49,977 nucleotides of DNA from the NCBI GenBank assembly GCA_030145525.1, contig JAQYVL010000037.1, positions 1-49,977 on the forward strand, written 5' to 3'. Of the stretch, positions 27,716 through 37,234 are shown one piece after another. The DNA is from Desulfobacterales bacterium (GTDB lineage Bacteria > Desulfobacterota > Desulfobacteria > Desulfobacterales > SURF-7). A program made the position numbers and the translations under genes. A model generated the notes under the pieces. The model saw only the letters and a list, made by a program, of their open reading frames with translations. It searched no databases and had not been told where the DNA came from. The first letter of the stretch is position 1. The number at the start of each line of letters is the position of its first letter.

Positions 27716-28297
27716 ATGAATCGGAAACAATTCAGGCTGGTTGTCGGGCTCGGAAATTCTGGTAAATTGTATTCAGCGACCCGCCATAATATTGGTTTCA
27801 TGGTGATTGACGCTCTTGCGGAAAAATATTCAATACCTGTTGAAAAAAAAAAGTCTGACGTACTGTTCGGCCAGGGGAAGATAGAAGGTTCAACGATATT
27901 TCTTGCCAAACCAATGGCTTTTATGAACCGCAGCGGCCCTCCAATACGAAGACTTGCAGAATATTTTGGGATATCAGGCGAGGAGATTGTGGTCATACAC
28001 GATGACATCGACCTTGCCTTTGAAAGATTAAAAATAAAAATGAAAGGAGGACATGGCGGACACAATGGTATTAGATCAATGACCGGTGCTTTTGGAAATG
28101 GTGATTTTGCCAGAATCCGTATCGGCATCGGCCGTCCTGAAGGCCCCAGAGAAGTTACCGATTATGTGCTCGGAAAGTTTTCTTCTGAAGAGAACGAAAA
28201 GTTGGGAAGAGTGATATCAGAGGCTGGGGACGCAGTTGTCACCATACTTCGTGACGGGATTCAGGAAGGGATGAAGATGTTTAATAAACATAATTGA
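27716..28297 (+). CDS. pth: Peptidyl-tRNA hydrolase
   Basis: LVVGLGNSGKLYSATRHNIGF, HDDIDL and GGHGGHNGIRS are present. Confidence 0.92.
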   Translation: MNRKQFRLVVGLGNSGKLYSATRHNIGFMVIDALAEKYSIPVEKKKSDVLFGQGKIEGSTIFLAKPMAFMNRSGPPIRRLAEYFGISGEEIVVIHDDIDLAFERLKIKMKGGHGGHNGIRSMTGAFGNGDFARIRIGIGRPEGPREVTDYVLGKFSSEENEKLGRVISEAGDAVVTILRDGIQEGMKMFNKHN

Positions 28298-28327
28298 TTT
28301 TAAGCTAACAGTTGAATGGAGGGAAAC

Positions 28328-30340
28328 ATGGATTTTATATTGGAAAATATCCCATTGACGTGTGCACTCGTCGGAGTTGTCGGGATTATTTTTTCTCTGA
28401 TCCTTGCGGGAATCGTCAAAAGTGCTCCGGCAGGAAATGAGAAAATGCAGGAAATCGCTGGTGCAATTCAGGAAGGTGCAATTGCATATTTGAATCGTCA
28501 GCTGAAAAGTATGGCAGCAGCCGGTATCGTGATTTTTATCGTTATCTTCTGGACCATGGGCAGCATTACCGCAATCGGATTCGCTATCGGCGCCATTGCT
28601 TCTTTTTGTGCCGGTTATATCGGAATGCGGGTTTCCGTTCTTGCCAATGTCAGAACTGCCGAGGCTGCAAGAAAAGGCATGGCAGCAGGTCTTTCAATGG
28701 CATTCAGGGGCGGATCGGTTACCGGTATGATCGTTGCCGGTCTGGCCCTTACTTCTGTGGCCGGATACTACAATTACACACAGGATGTTATTTCTCTAGT
28801 TGCTCTCGGTTTCGGCGGCAGCTTGATTTCAATCTTTGCGCGTCTTGGCGGCGGTATCTTCACCAAGGGCGCTGATGTTGGCGCGGACCTTGTCGGTAAG
28901 GTTGAAGCTGGGATCCCCGAAGATGACCCTCGTAATCCTGCCACAATTGCGGACAACGTTGGAGACAATGTTGGTGACTGCGCCGGTATGGCCGCAGACC
29001 TTTTTGAAACCTATGCGATTACCGCGGTTGCTGCGATGCTTCTCGGCCATCTGCTTTTTCCCAAAAATGAAATGGCTGTTCTGTTTCCATTGATTTTGGG
29101 CGCGATTTCGATTATCGCATCCATCATTGCCGTTTTCTTCGTTCGCCTTGGAAGAAGCGAGTACATTATGGGCGCTCTTTATAAGGGAATGTTCGGTGCG
29201 GCGATCATTGCCGGTGTGGCCTTTTACTATGCAGCACAGAAATTCATAGCTGACGTGCCCGGACTCAATACAATGAACATATACTACTGCACACTGATCG
29301 GTCTTGTTCTGACCGTGGTTATTGTTATCATCACAGAATATTACACGGGTATCTATAAACCGGTTAAAGATATCGCAGAGGCTTCCACAACTGGGCACGG
29401 AACAAACATCATTGCCGGTCTTGCCGTAAGTATGCAGGCGACTGCTGCGCCGGTTATAGCGATCTGCATTTCCATTGCACTTGCCTATCATTTTTCAGGC
29501 CTTTACGGCATTGCCATGGCTGCCATGTCTATGCTTTCCATGACAGGTATGGTTATCGCCATCGATGCTTACGGCCCGATCACGGATAACGCAGGCGGTA
29601 TAGCTGAAATGGCGGGAATGGATGAAAGCGTTCGTGCGATAACCGATCCGCTTGATGCTGTCGGCAACACAACCAAAGCTGTAACCAAGGGTTATGCCAT
29701 TGGCTCTGCCGCTCTTGCCGCTCTTGTTCTTTTTGCTTGCTATGTTATGGAGTTTCAGCTTCATGGAGGCGAGGGGGAAGCAATTAAATTTGATCTTTCC
29801 GATGTTGACGTAATCATCGGTCTTTTTATCGGAGGTCTGCTGCCCTACCTGTTTGCATCAATTGCCATGAAAGCTGTTGGCAATGCCGGTAGCGCGGTTG
29901 TTGACGAAGTACGCCGTCAATTCCGTGAAATTCCGGGACTTATGGAAGGAACCGCAAAGCCCGATTACGCTGCATGCGTTGACATCGTTACCCAGTTCGC
30001 TCTCCGGGAAATGATCGTTCCGGCTCTGCTGCCGGTTGCCGCACCTATCATTGTCGGCCTTCTTCTTGGAAAGGTTGCTCTTGGCGGTCTTCTGATCGGA
30101 AGTATTGTAACCGGTATCTTTGTCGCCCTTTCCATGACAACCGGTGGTGCTGCATGGGATAATGCGAAGAAATACATCGAAGACGGTAACCTGGGCGGGA
30201 AGGGCAGTGATGCTCATAAAGCTGCCGTTACAGGAGACACTGTAGGCGATCCATACAAGGATACCGCAGGTCCGGCGATTAACCCGATGATCAAAATTCT
30301 GAACGTTGTTGCTCTGCTTATGGTGCCTTTCCTTATGTAA
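28328..30340 (+). CDS. hppA: Membrane-bound H+-translocating pyrophosphatase, K+-independent-type signature
   Basis: [25 protein letters not shown] and [14 protein letters not shown] are present. The GGAGGG RBS favours the ATG at 28328. Confidence 0.93.
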   Translation: MDFILENIPLTCALVGVVGIIFSLILAGIVKSAPAGNEKMQEIAGAIQEGAIAYLNRQLKSMAAAGIVIFIVIFWTMGSITAIGFAIGAIASFCAGYIGMRVSVLANVRTAEAARKGMAAGLSMAFRGGSVTGMIVAGLALTSVAGYYNYTQDVISLVALGFGGSLISIFARLGGGIFTKGADVGADLVGKVEAGIPEDDPRNPATIADNVGDNVGDCAGMAADLFETYAITAVAAMLLGHLLFPKNEMAVLFPLILGAISIIASIIAVFFVRLGRSEYIMGALYKGMFGAAIIAGVAFYYAAQKFIADVPGLNTMNIYYCTLIGLVLTVVIVIITEYYTGIYKPVKDIAEASTTGHGTNIIAGLAVSMQATAAPVIAICISIALAYHFSGLYGIAMAAMSMLSMTGMVIAIDAYGPITDNAGGIAEMAGMDESVRAITDPLDAVGNTTKAVTKGYAIGSAALAALVLFACYVMEFQLHGGEGEAIKFDLSDVDVIIGLFIGGLLPYLFASIAMKAVGNAGSAVVDEVRRQFREIPGLMEGTAKPDYAACVDIVTQFALREMIVPALLPVAAPIIVGLLLGKVALGGLLIGSIVTGIFVALSMTTGGAAWDNAKKYIEDGNLGGKGSDAHKAAVTGDTVGDPYKDTAGPAINPMIKILNVVALLMVPFLM

Positions 30341-30369
30341 CAAAGCAGATATCAGGTAACGAATATCAA

Positions 30370-30410
30370 GGGGGATCGGCAGGGATTAAATGTCGGTCCC
30401 CCTTTTTTTT
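30370..30410 (+). terminator. Rho-independent terminator after hppA
   Basis: GGGGGATCG...CGGTCCCCC forms a 9-bp stem with one G-U pair and is followed by T8. Confidence 0.75.
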
Positions 30411-30526
30411 GTTGCTTCATCTCAATGAGTATGGTATGATATCTCTAGTTTTATATACGATATATTGTTAAAGTCGGCAAAGGCAGCTACGATATAATGT
30501 GTTTTTAATAAGATTTGGGGTAAAAA

Positions 30527-31054
30527 ATGGCGGAAAACGCGGTTAAACAAGAGCAAATTTCTCGGGAGTTCAGTCCGGGTGATCTTGCTGTCTATCCAGC
30601 GCATGGTGTGGGTCGTATCGAAGCGATTGAGAGTCGGGAGATAGGCGGCAACAGAATGGATTTTTATATCATGAAAATCCTTGAAAACGGTATGGTCATC
30701 ATGATTCCGACAAAAAATGTTGAATCCGTAGGCTTGAGAAACGTGATTCATAAAAATGACGTAAACAAAGTCTATGAAATCATGACATCGAAAAGAGAGA
30801 ATACGCTTGACAATCAGACCTGGAATCGAAGATACCGGGAATACATGGACAAGATAAAAACCGGTTCTCTTTATGATGTTGCTGAAGTTTTCAGGGATCT
30901 TTTTATTTTGAAGTCGACCAAGGATCTCTCCTTTGGCGAGAGAAAACTTCTTGACACCGCAAGGGGCCTTTTGCTCAAGGAGCTTTGTACAGCCAAGGAT
31001 AAAGATGAAAAAGCCATAATGGCAGAGATCGAGTCTCTTTTTACAGCCAATTAA
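30527..31054 (+). CDS. carD: CarD/CdnL family RNA-polymerase-binding regulator
   Basis: FSPGDLAVYPAHGVGRIEAIESREIGG...FYIMKI is the CarD_CdnL_TRCF N-domain. The protein is 175 aa. Confidence 0.85.
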   Translation: MAENAVKQEQISREFSPGDLAVYPAHGVGRIEAIESREIGGNRMDFYIMKILENGMVIMIPTKNVESVGLRNVIHKNDVNKVYEIMTSKRENTLDNQTWNRRYREYMDKIKTGSLYDVAEVFRDLFILKSTKDLSFGERKLLDTARGLLLKELCTAKDKDEKAIMAEIESLFTAN

Positions 31055-31072
31055 AATTCGGTAAATCCGCTT

Positions 31073-32041
31073 ATGCCAGATGAAGGTGGTTTTACCATCA
31101 AGACTGTTGAGGCTGATTCTGAAAAACGTCTGGATTCTCTTATTGCTGATCAAATTTCCTGCTGTTCCAGAAAACTCGCCGCATCCCTAATACGCAAAGG
31201 TCTGATTCGAGTTTCAGGGTCGGTCAAAAAGCCCGGATACAGGATACGTGCGGGCGATATTATTGAAGGGGTTATCCCGGAACCTGAAACAATTTCGTTT
31301 CAACCAGAGCCGGTTGAGCTTGACATCCTCTTTGAGGATGAGCACATCATAATACTGAACAAGGCACCTGGAATTGTCGTACACCCGTCGCCGGGTCACT
31401 ACACCGGGACGATCGTGAACGGCCTTCTGTACCATTGTCCTGATCTTGAGGGTATTGGAGGTGAAATCCGGCCGGGAATCGTACACAGGCTGGACAAGGA
31501 TACTTCCGGTGTTTTGGCTGTTGCCAAAAGTCATGCAGCCCACCTCCATCTTGCAGCCCAGTTTAAATCAAGAAATATAACAAAAAGTTATCTGGCTATC
31601 GTATATGGCGATTTTCAGGAAGATTCAGGTGTCATAAACCTGCCCATTGGCCGCCACCCAAGCGATCGTAAGAAAATGTCAATTCACAGCCGGAAAACAA
31701 GGGTAGCTGAGACTCATTGGAAAATTAGAGAACGTTTTGAAGGGATAACGCTTCTTGACCTTGAAATTAAGACGGGTAGAACACATCAAATAAGAGTGCA
31801 TTGTACAGCCATTCAGCATCCTATTGTTGGTGATCCGGTCTATGGGAGCCGGCGGGCGGCACAGAGAATCCGTCTGCTAAAAGACAGGGGCGCACTGTTA
31901 AAAAATATTTCTCGTCAAATGCTTCATGCCCGGCGTCTTTCAATAAAACATCCCATTACGGATCAAAGTATCTCCTTTGAAGCGCCTCTTCCTGAAGATA
32001 TGGTTGAACTTATATGCAATTTGAAAGAGTTCAAGAGATGA
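31073..32041 (+). CDS. rluD: 23S rRNA pseudouridine synthase, RluA/RluD family
   Basis: It has an S4-like N-terminus, the catalytic motif HRLDKDTSGVL, and GRTHQIRVH. Confidence 0.9.
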   Translation: MPDEGGFTIKTVEADSEKRLDSLIADQISCCSRKLAASLIRKGLIRVSGSVKKPGYRIRAGDIIEGVIPEPETISFQPEPVELDILFEDEHIIILNKAPGIVVHPSPGHYTGTIVNGLLYHCPDLEGIGGEIRPGIVHRLDKDTSGVLAVAKSHAAHLHLAAQFKSRNITKSYLAIVYGDFQEDSGVINLPIGRHPSDRKKMSIHSRKTRVAETHWKIRERFEGITLLDLEIKTGRTHQIRVHCTAIQHPIVGDPVYGSRRAAQRIRLLKDRGALLKNISRQMLHARRLSIKHPITDQSISFEAPLPEDMVELICNLKEFKR

Positions 32042-32195
32042 TGGCTTCCTAAAAAGTCCAATTTCTGTGTTGCGCTTCATCCTTCGTCACTGCGGAGTAA
32101 GCTAACTACGCCTCATTCCTCAGGATTTGCGCGCCTTGAACTTGAACTTTTTTCTTTGCCATCAATATTTTGACTTCTTACGAAACGGTCAAGAG
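32042..32195 (+). repeat. Intergenic palindromic MITE/REP-like element, copy B (short form)
   Basis: It aligns end to end with the reverse complement of copy A (TAAAAAGTCCAATTTCTGTGTTGCGCTTCATCC..., CATTCCTCAGGATTTGCGCGCCTTGAA, ...CTTTGCCATCA..TTTTGACTTCTTACGA). It fills the gap between the convergent rluD and rnfB genes. Confidence 0.75.
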
Positions 32196-32212
32196 ATCTA
32201 CATAATCACTTT

Positions 32213-34300
32213 TTATGCTGCATTCTTATCCTTATTGTAGCAGATCCGACAGCAATTCATACAGCGCGAAGACTCCCGCAACGAATCCTCCTCCTGAAGG
32301 ACAAGGTCCGCTTCATCAAAAGTTTTGATTCGTTCTTCAACAGGAAGTTCAGGCATTTCGGCTCGTTTTTGTTTAATAATATCATCAACCGAATCAAAAA
32401 GCGTTCCTTCAATATTCTCTTTAAACAGAGAGTTTGGTACCGGTTCAACAGGCCGGCAGGCGAGGTATTGATGGATTGATCTGGCTGCTCTTCTCCCGCC
32501 GCCGATGCCTTCAACCACGAGGGACGCTCCTGTGGCTGAATCTCCACCTGTAAAAATATAGGGTATATTGGTCTGGAGTGTTTCCGGGTTGGCTGAATCG
32601 ATTGTGTCCCATCGGGTCGTAACAAGTTCTGCCATTCGTTTTCCATTTTCCTTGAATGAAACATCAGGCCCCTGGCCGATGGCAGTTACAAGCATATCAA
32701 TGTCAAGGGCAGTTTCTGATCCTTCCACCGGTACCGGTCGGCGTCTGCCGCTGGCATCCGGTTCACCAAGCTCCATTTTCAGGTATTCAAGGCCTGTAAC
32801 CTTGCCGTCTTCATCCCCGATAACCTTATTGGGCGCCGCAAGAAAATTGAATTTCACACCTTCATGCTCTGCCGCTTCAATTTCAACAAGATTTGCCGGC
32901 ATTTCATTTCGGGTTCTGCGGTATACGATGGATACTTCTTCTGCGCCGAGTCGAATAAGAGTCCGAACACAGTCAATTGCAGTATTTCCACCACCGATCA
33001 CAGCACATTTTTTTCCGATGGGGATAATTAGATTGCTGTCGCCCTGCTGCGTGGTAGAAAATTTAGTCAGAAAATCGATTCCTGTATGACAACCTTCAAG
33101 ATCCTCCCCCTCAATTCTGAGACTGTAATCTTTCCATGCGCCGATCCCTAAAAAAATGGCATCATAGCCGGATGCAATCAATGACCCGAGATCGAAATCA
33201 TATCCGAATTTGACGTTTGTTTTGGCTTCTATGCCGAGTTTGAGAATACCCTCAATTTCCCATTCAAGAACCTCTTTGGGCAGCCGGTATTCCGGGATGC
33301 CGTACCGGATCATTCCGCCCAGTTTCGGCATCATCTCAAAGATGGTAACTGAATGTCCCAGCCGTCTAAGAAAAAAGGCACAGCTAAGGCCGGCCGGGCC
33401 CCCTCCGATTATCGCAACCTTTTTTCCGGTATCCGGAGCACATGGAATCGGCAAACGTTTTCCAGAGTCCATTTCATAGTCAGCGACAAAACGTTTTAAC
33501 TGGTTTATAGAAACCGGTTCATCCTCAATCCCCCGCCTGCATTTGTCCTCGCAAGGATGGGGGCATACACGCCCGCAGGAAAGAAGCAGGGGGTTCCGTT
33601 CACGGATCGTGCTCACGGCGCCCGTGTAGTCACCGTTTTTGATCTGCTGGATATATCTGGGAATATCAATTTCCGCGGGGCAGGTCTGCCTGCATGGGGC
33701 AAGCGCCGCATCAACCTGGTTAAAACTGAGAAGCCTTTCCGACATGGTTCTGATTTTGATGATATTTTTAGGGCAGACTTCTCTGCATGCACCGCATCCG
33801 ACACATTTGGATTCATCAACCTCAGGGTAACCGTTTGGCCCGAGGGCAATCGCATCAAATTTGCATGCGTCTATACAATCACCAAAGCCGATACACCCGA
33901 TACTGCAGACTCGTTTACCTCCATATAGTGCCGCCATTGCCCGGCATGAGGTAACACCCATGTAATGGTATTTATCATCCGCCCTGTTTCCGCCAAGGCA
34001 TTCATTTTGAGAAAGAATTGGTTCCGCAGTTCCAGGATCAAGACCCATAACAGCGGCAATTCCTGTTGCTGCCTCTGCACCCGCAACAATGCACACACTT
34101 GGAGGGGCCTCACCATTGACCACAGCTTCTGATGCAGCAGCGCATCCTGTATATCCGCATCCTCCACAGTTTGCTCCGGCTGTCAGACCTTCAATAATCG
34201 CTATTCTGGGATCTTCATAAACATAAAAAACTTTTGAGGCAATACTTAGAATGGCCCCGCATACCGTACCAAGGAACAGCATAAAAAGGAGAGCTGTCAC
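32213..34300 (-). CDS. rnfB: RnfB fused to a GltD/NfnB-like FAD/NAD(P)H oxidoreductase module
   Basis: The N-terminus has a TM helix plus GANCGGCGYTGCAAASEAV and two ferredoxin CxxCxxCxxxCP motifs, as in RnfB. The following about 470 aa carry CRQTCPAEIDIPRY, GRVCPHPCEDKCRR, VAIIGGGPAGLSCA, AVIGGGNTAIDC and TGGD, as in the glutamate synthase small subunit / NfnB. Confidence 0.85.
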   Translation of the reverse strand: MTALLFMLFLGTVCGAILSIASKVFYVYEDPRIAIIEGLTAGANCGGCGYTGCAAASEAVVNGEAPPSVCIVAGAEAATGIAAVMGLDPGTAEPILSQNECLGGNRADDKYHYMGVTSCRAMAALYGGKRVCSIGCIGFGDCIDACKFDAIALGPNGYPEVDESKCVGCGACREVCPKNIIKIRTMSERLLSFNQVDAALAPCRQTCPAEIDIPRYIQQIKNGDYTGAVSTIRERNPLLLSCGRVCPHPCEDKCRRGIEDEPVSINQLKRFVADYEMDSGKRLPIPCAPDTGKKVAIIGGGPAGLSCAFFLRRLGHSVTIFEMMPKLGGMIRYGIPEYRLPKEVLEWEIEGILKLGIEAKTNVKFGYDFDLGSLIASGYDAIFLGIGAWKDYSLRIEGEDLEGCHTGIDFLTKFSTTQQGDSNLIIPIGKKCAVIGGGNTAIDCVRTLIRLGAEEVSIVYRRTRNEMPANLVEIEAAEHEGVKFNFLAAPNKVIGDEDGKVTGLEYLKMELGEPDASGRRRPVPVEGSETALDIDMLVTAIGQGPDVSFKENGKRMAELVTTRWDTIDSANPETLQTNIPYIFTGGDSATGASLVVEGIGGGRRAARSIHQYLACRPVEPVPNSLFKENIEGTLFDSVDDIIKQKRAEMPELPVEERIKTFDEADLVLQEEDSLRESSRCMNCCRICYNKDKNAA

Positions 34301-34370
34301 GGTTTCCTCCTAACTTCCTGAAATACACATTAATAATAAAATAATGAAAGCGATCAAATAAATATTAAAA

Positions 34371-34425
34371 AATCGGGATATACACCATATTTCAATATTC
34401 CAAATAAGTAATGCATATCCCGATT
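34371..34425 (-). promoter_or_regulatory. Perfect 11-bp inverted repeat (AATCGGGATAT ... ATATCCCGATT) in the 166-bp AT-rich rnfA-rnfB gap
   Basis: The repeat is seen directly. All other rnf junctions are 14 nt or less or overlap. Confidence 0.4.
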
Positions 34426-34466
34426 GATTTGGTACCTTCCTGCATCATCCAAAAAGTCTAACCTTG

Positions 34467-35039
34467 CTATACCATCCCCTTGAAGGCGTAAAACGCAAGC
34501 GCAATCATACCGGCGGTTACAAGGCCGATTGAAGTGTCCTGGAGAGGTTTGGGTACCCTGGCGAGCAGAATTCTTTCCCGCACACCGGCGAAAAGGATAA
34601 GGGCCAAACCAAATCCAACAGCATAGGCAAATGAGGCGACCAGTGATTGCATAAACGTAAATTCTTTGTCAATATTCAGAATACATACACCCATAACTGC
34701 ACAGTTCGTTGTGATCAGAGGGAGAAAAATTCCCAGACCGGCATAGAGTGCCGGAATTGATTTTTTAAGAAACATCTCTACAAACTGGACAAGAGAGGCA
34801 ATTACGACGATGAAAGCGATTGTCCTTAAATAAACAAGATTGAACTCGACGAGAACATATGTAAAGATCAACCAGGTAATTGTGCCTGCCAACACAAGAA
34901 CAAATATGACGGCCATAGACATTCCCACAGCGGTCTCCATCTTTTTGGAAGTTCCCAGAAAAGGGCAATTTCCAAGAAACTGGGCAAGAAGGATGTTGTT
35001 TACAAAAATACATGCAATAATAAGTTCGAAATAGCCCAT
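34467..35039 (-). CDS. rnfA: Rnf complex subunit A
   Basis: The 190-aa polytopic membrane protein begins ...ACIFVNNILLAQFLGNCPFLG, the RnfA/NqrE pattern, and sits in the expected position in the rnf cluster. Confidence 0.9.
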   Translation of the reverse strand: MGYFELIIACIFVNNILLAQFLGNCPFLGTSKKMETAVGMSMAVIFVLVLAGTITWLIFTYVLVEFNLVYLRTIAFIVVIASLVQFVEMFLKKSIPALYAGLGIFLPLITTNCAVMGVCILNIDKEFTFMQSLVASFAYAVGFGLALILFAGVRERILLARVPKPLQDTSIGLVTAGMIALAFYAFKGMV

Positions 35040-35053
35040 TTTATTTTCTCCCG

Positions 35054-35665
35054 TTAATCACCAATGGCGTTTATGGCACAAAGCATCAATCCAAGTCCGA
35101 TGAAGGCGCCAGGGGCCTGAACCATGAATTCGAAAGGTTGAAAAGAAGGGAAAACTGATGTAAGGTTGTAACCAAGATCACCCCATATTGTCAGAGACCC
35201 TTTTCCTAATATTTCTCTAAATGCTCCCAGAGCACCTAAAGAAAGTGTGAAGCCAATTCCGATACCCATTCCGTCGGCCGTAGATGAGGCAATTCCGTTT
35301 TTTGATGCAAATGCTTCCGCACGTCCCAGAACGATACAGTTTACGACGATAAGCGGGATAAATACGCCCAGCTTGAGAAACAGCGGGTATGCATAGGCCT
35401 GCAGGAGATGCTCAACAACAATAACAAAGGAAGCAATTATAATAATAAAGCAGGCAATTCTGACCTTTGGCGGAATAATATTTCGCAAAAGCGATACGAG
35501 AATGTTGGAGCACGCAAGGACAAACGTGGTGGCTACCCCCATTCCAAGCCCGTTTTCCATGGATGTCGTTACACCTAGTACAGGGCAAAGGCCCAGTACC
35601 AGCCTGAACGGAGGGAGTTCTTCCCACAGACCTTTTGTAAATTCCTGAACGATAGATTTCGCCAT
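35054..35665 (-). CDS. rnfE: Rnf complex subunit E
   Basis: The 203-aa membrane protein has LVLGLCPVLGVTT and VVNCIVLGRAEAFA, the RnfE/NqrD pattern. Confidence 0.9.
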   Translation of the reverse strand: MAKSIVQEFTKGLWEELPPFRLVLGLCPVLGVTTSMENGLGMGVATTFVLACSNILVSLLRNIIPPKVRIACFIIIIASFVIVVEHLLQAYAYPLFLKLGVFIPLIVVNCIVLGRAEAFASKNGIASSTADGMGIGIGFTLSLGALGAFREILGKGSLTIWGDLGYNLTSVFPSFQPFEFMVQAPGAFIGLGLMLCAINAIGD

Positions 35666-35675
35666 ACTGTTCTCC

Positions 35676-36269
35676 CTAATTTTCGAAAGCTTTTATTTGT
35701 TCAGCAAGCTGAGGTTTTAATCTTTTATAAGAGGCCAGCGACTTTGCGACAGCGTCACAAACAGCGCGGGACGTAATTGTGGCTCCGCTTATTGCATTGA
35801 TACCGCCTCCGTCATTGGTAACTTTAACATTTTCATCCACTGAAAGGCCTTTGAATTGCAATGAAAAGCTGGGGTCTTCCTTGGATTTTGCTCCCAGGCC
35901 GGGTGTTTCGCTATGGGTCGTTACCGCAGCGCCGATCAATTTGTCGTCGTCAAGGTTAATGCCGATCATGACGCCGATGTCACCGCCGTATCCCTTCCCG
36001 AATCCTTCAAAGGCAACCGTATTCGCTTTTCCGTTGAATTTGCCCACAAAAAAACTTAGTTCCGTTTCCCCGTCGACAATTTTAAAACGATCGACAATGG
36101 GATCGTTCGCAGAACCCTCCAGAATGGTTTTTATCGCCGGCCCCTTAACAAACTTGAGCTGCTGGTTTTCAATCTGAGCAGCAGTGCCATCATGAATGGC
36201 CGCAAGGAGTCCACCTGAAACAGAGCTAAGGATTGTGAGAACAACAACCATTTTGATCATTTCATTCAT
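35676..36269 (-). CDS. rnfG: Rnf complex subunit G (FMN-binding)
   Basis: It has an N-terminal anchor and an FMN_bind domain with the flavinylation motif AISGATITS. Confidence 0.85.
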   Translation of the reverse strand: MNEMIKMVVVLTILSSVSGGLLAAIHDGTAAQIENQQLKFVKGPAIKTILEGSANDPIVDRFKIVDGETELSFFVGKFNGKANTVAFEGFGKGYGGDIGVMIGINLDDDKLIGAAVTTHSETPGLGAKSKEDPSFSLQFKGLSVDENVKVTNDGGGINAISGATITSRAVCDAVAKSLASYKRLKPQLAEQIKAFEN

Positions 36270-37234
36270 TTTCCAACAACCTTTCCAAGCGCTTTGGGCC
36301 TGATTTTATCCAAAAGTGGATTGACAATATTCATCAGCAGTATCGCAAGAACAACGCCATCCACATAGGCACCTATATTTCTTATCAGAATCGTCATGAC
36401 CCCGCAGCCGGTCCCATAGATGAGCATGGGGATAAAATTTACCGGTGAGGATGAATCTTCGGTTGCAAGATAAAAAGCTCCGATGAGTGTATAGCCGGTA
36501 AAGAGGTGAAAAAGCGGGCCGGCATATTTACTCTCTTCGCCGAACATGTTGAAAAGAAGCGCTGTGATAAAAATACCGGCGATGAAGGAGGCAGATATTT
36601 CCCAGCGAATAAAGCCGCGGGCGATCAGGTAGATTCCGCCGATAATAATAGCAATGCCGCAGGTAGAGCCGATCCCTCCAATTTGTCTTCCCATGAGAAG
36701 ATCGACAGATGAAAACGATGAGACGGAATCCGGCCCAAACGCCTTCAGCGCGGCCAGCGGATAGATCATTGTATGATCAAAATCATATGCTAAAAGGGCT
36801 TCATCAAAATCGAACATACCTTTCCAGGACAGCGAAAGAATGGCGATGGAAACCAGTACCGGATTAAACGGATTGCCGCCAAGTCCTCCATAGATCTGCT
36901 TTCCGATGACAACCGCAACCAATGTTCCCACAAGAACTCCCCACCAGGGTGTCGTCGCAGGTACCATCATCGCAAAGAGGAGCCCGATCATGGCCGCGTT
37001 GCCGTCACCGATGGAAACAGGCCGTTTACTTATATGATTGATAATAAGTTCCCAGATCATTGCAGTTGCGATGGAAAAACAGACGACCGCAACAGCGGGT
37101 CCGCCGTATTGCAGGAAACCCGGGATAACAGACAGCATGGCTGCGAGCATGATATGGTAGTTTTTTGTTGAAATCGAGCTCCCGTCTTGCCAGAAAGGGG
37201 CATGTGAAACAATAAATTTTTTCTGGTTAAACAT
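36266..37234 (-). CDS. rnfD: Rnf complex subunit D
   Basis: It has the NqrB/RnfD pattern (GGLGGNPFNP, TEDSSSP, DGVVLAILLMN). The start at 37234 (MFNQKK) has GGAGG 6 nt upstream and overlaps the rnfC end. Confidence 0.85.
   Translation of the reverse strand: MFNQKKFIVSHAPFWQDGSSISTKNYHIMLAAMLSVIPGFLQYGGPAVAVVCFSIATAMIWELIINHISKRPVSIGDGNAAMIGLLFAMMVPATTPWWGVLVGTLVAVVIGKQIYGGLGGNPFNPVLVSIAILSLSWKGMFDFDEALLAYDFDHTMIYPLAALKAFGPDSVSSFSSVDLLMGRQIGGIGSTCGIAIIIGGIYLIARGFIRWEISASFIAGIFITALLFNMFGEESKYAGPLFHLFTGYTLIGAFYLATEDSSSPVNFIPMLIYGTGCGVMTILIRNIGAYVDGVVLAILLMNIVNPLLDKIRPKALGKVVGK

Noticed and set aside
28829-30343. Minus-strand ORFs of 220 aa and 161 aa inside hppA
   Set aside because: They are antisense shadows of a GC-biased membrane-protein gene with Arg/Cys/Asn-rich nonsense-like translations.
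30422-31153. 243-aa minus-strand ORF covering carD
   Set aside because: It is antisense to a well-supported CarD/CdnL gene, has odd composition and no recognisable motifs or RBS. It is a shadow ORF.
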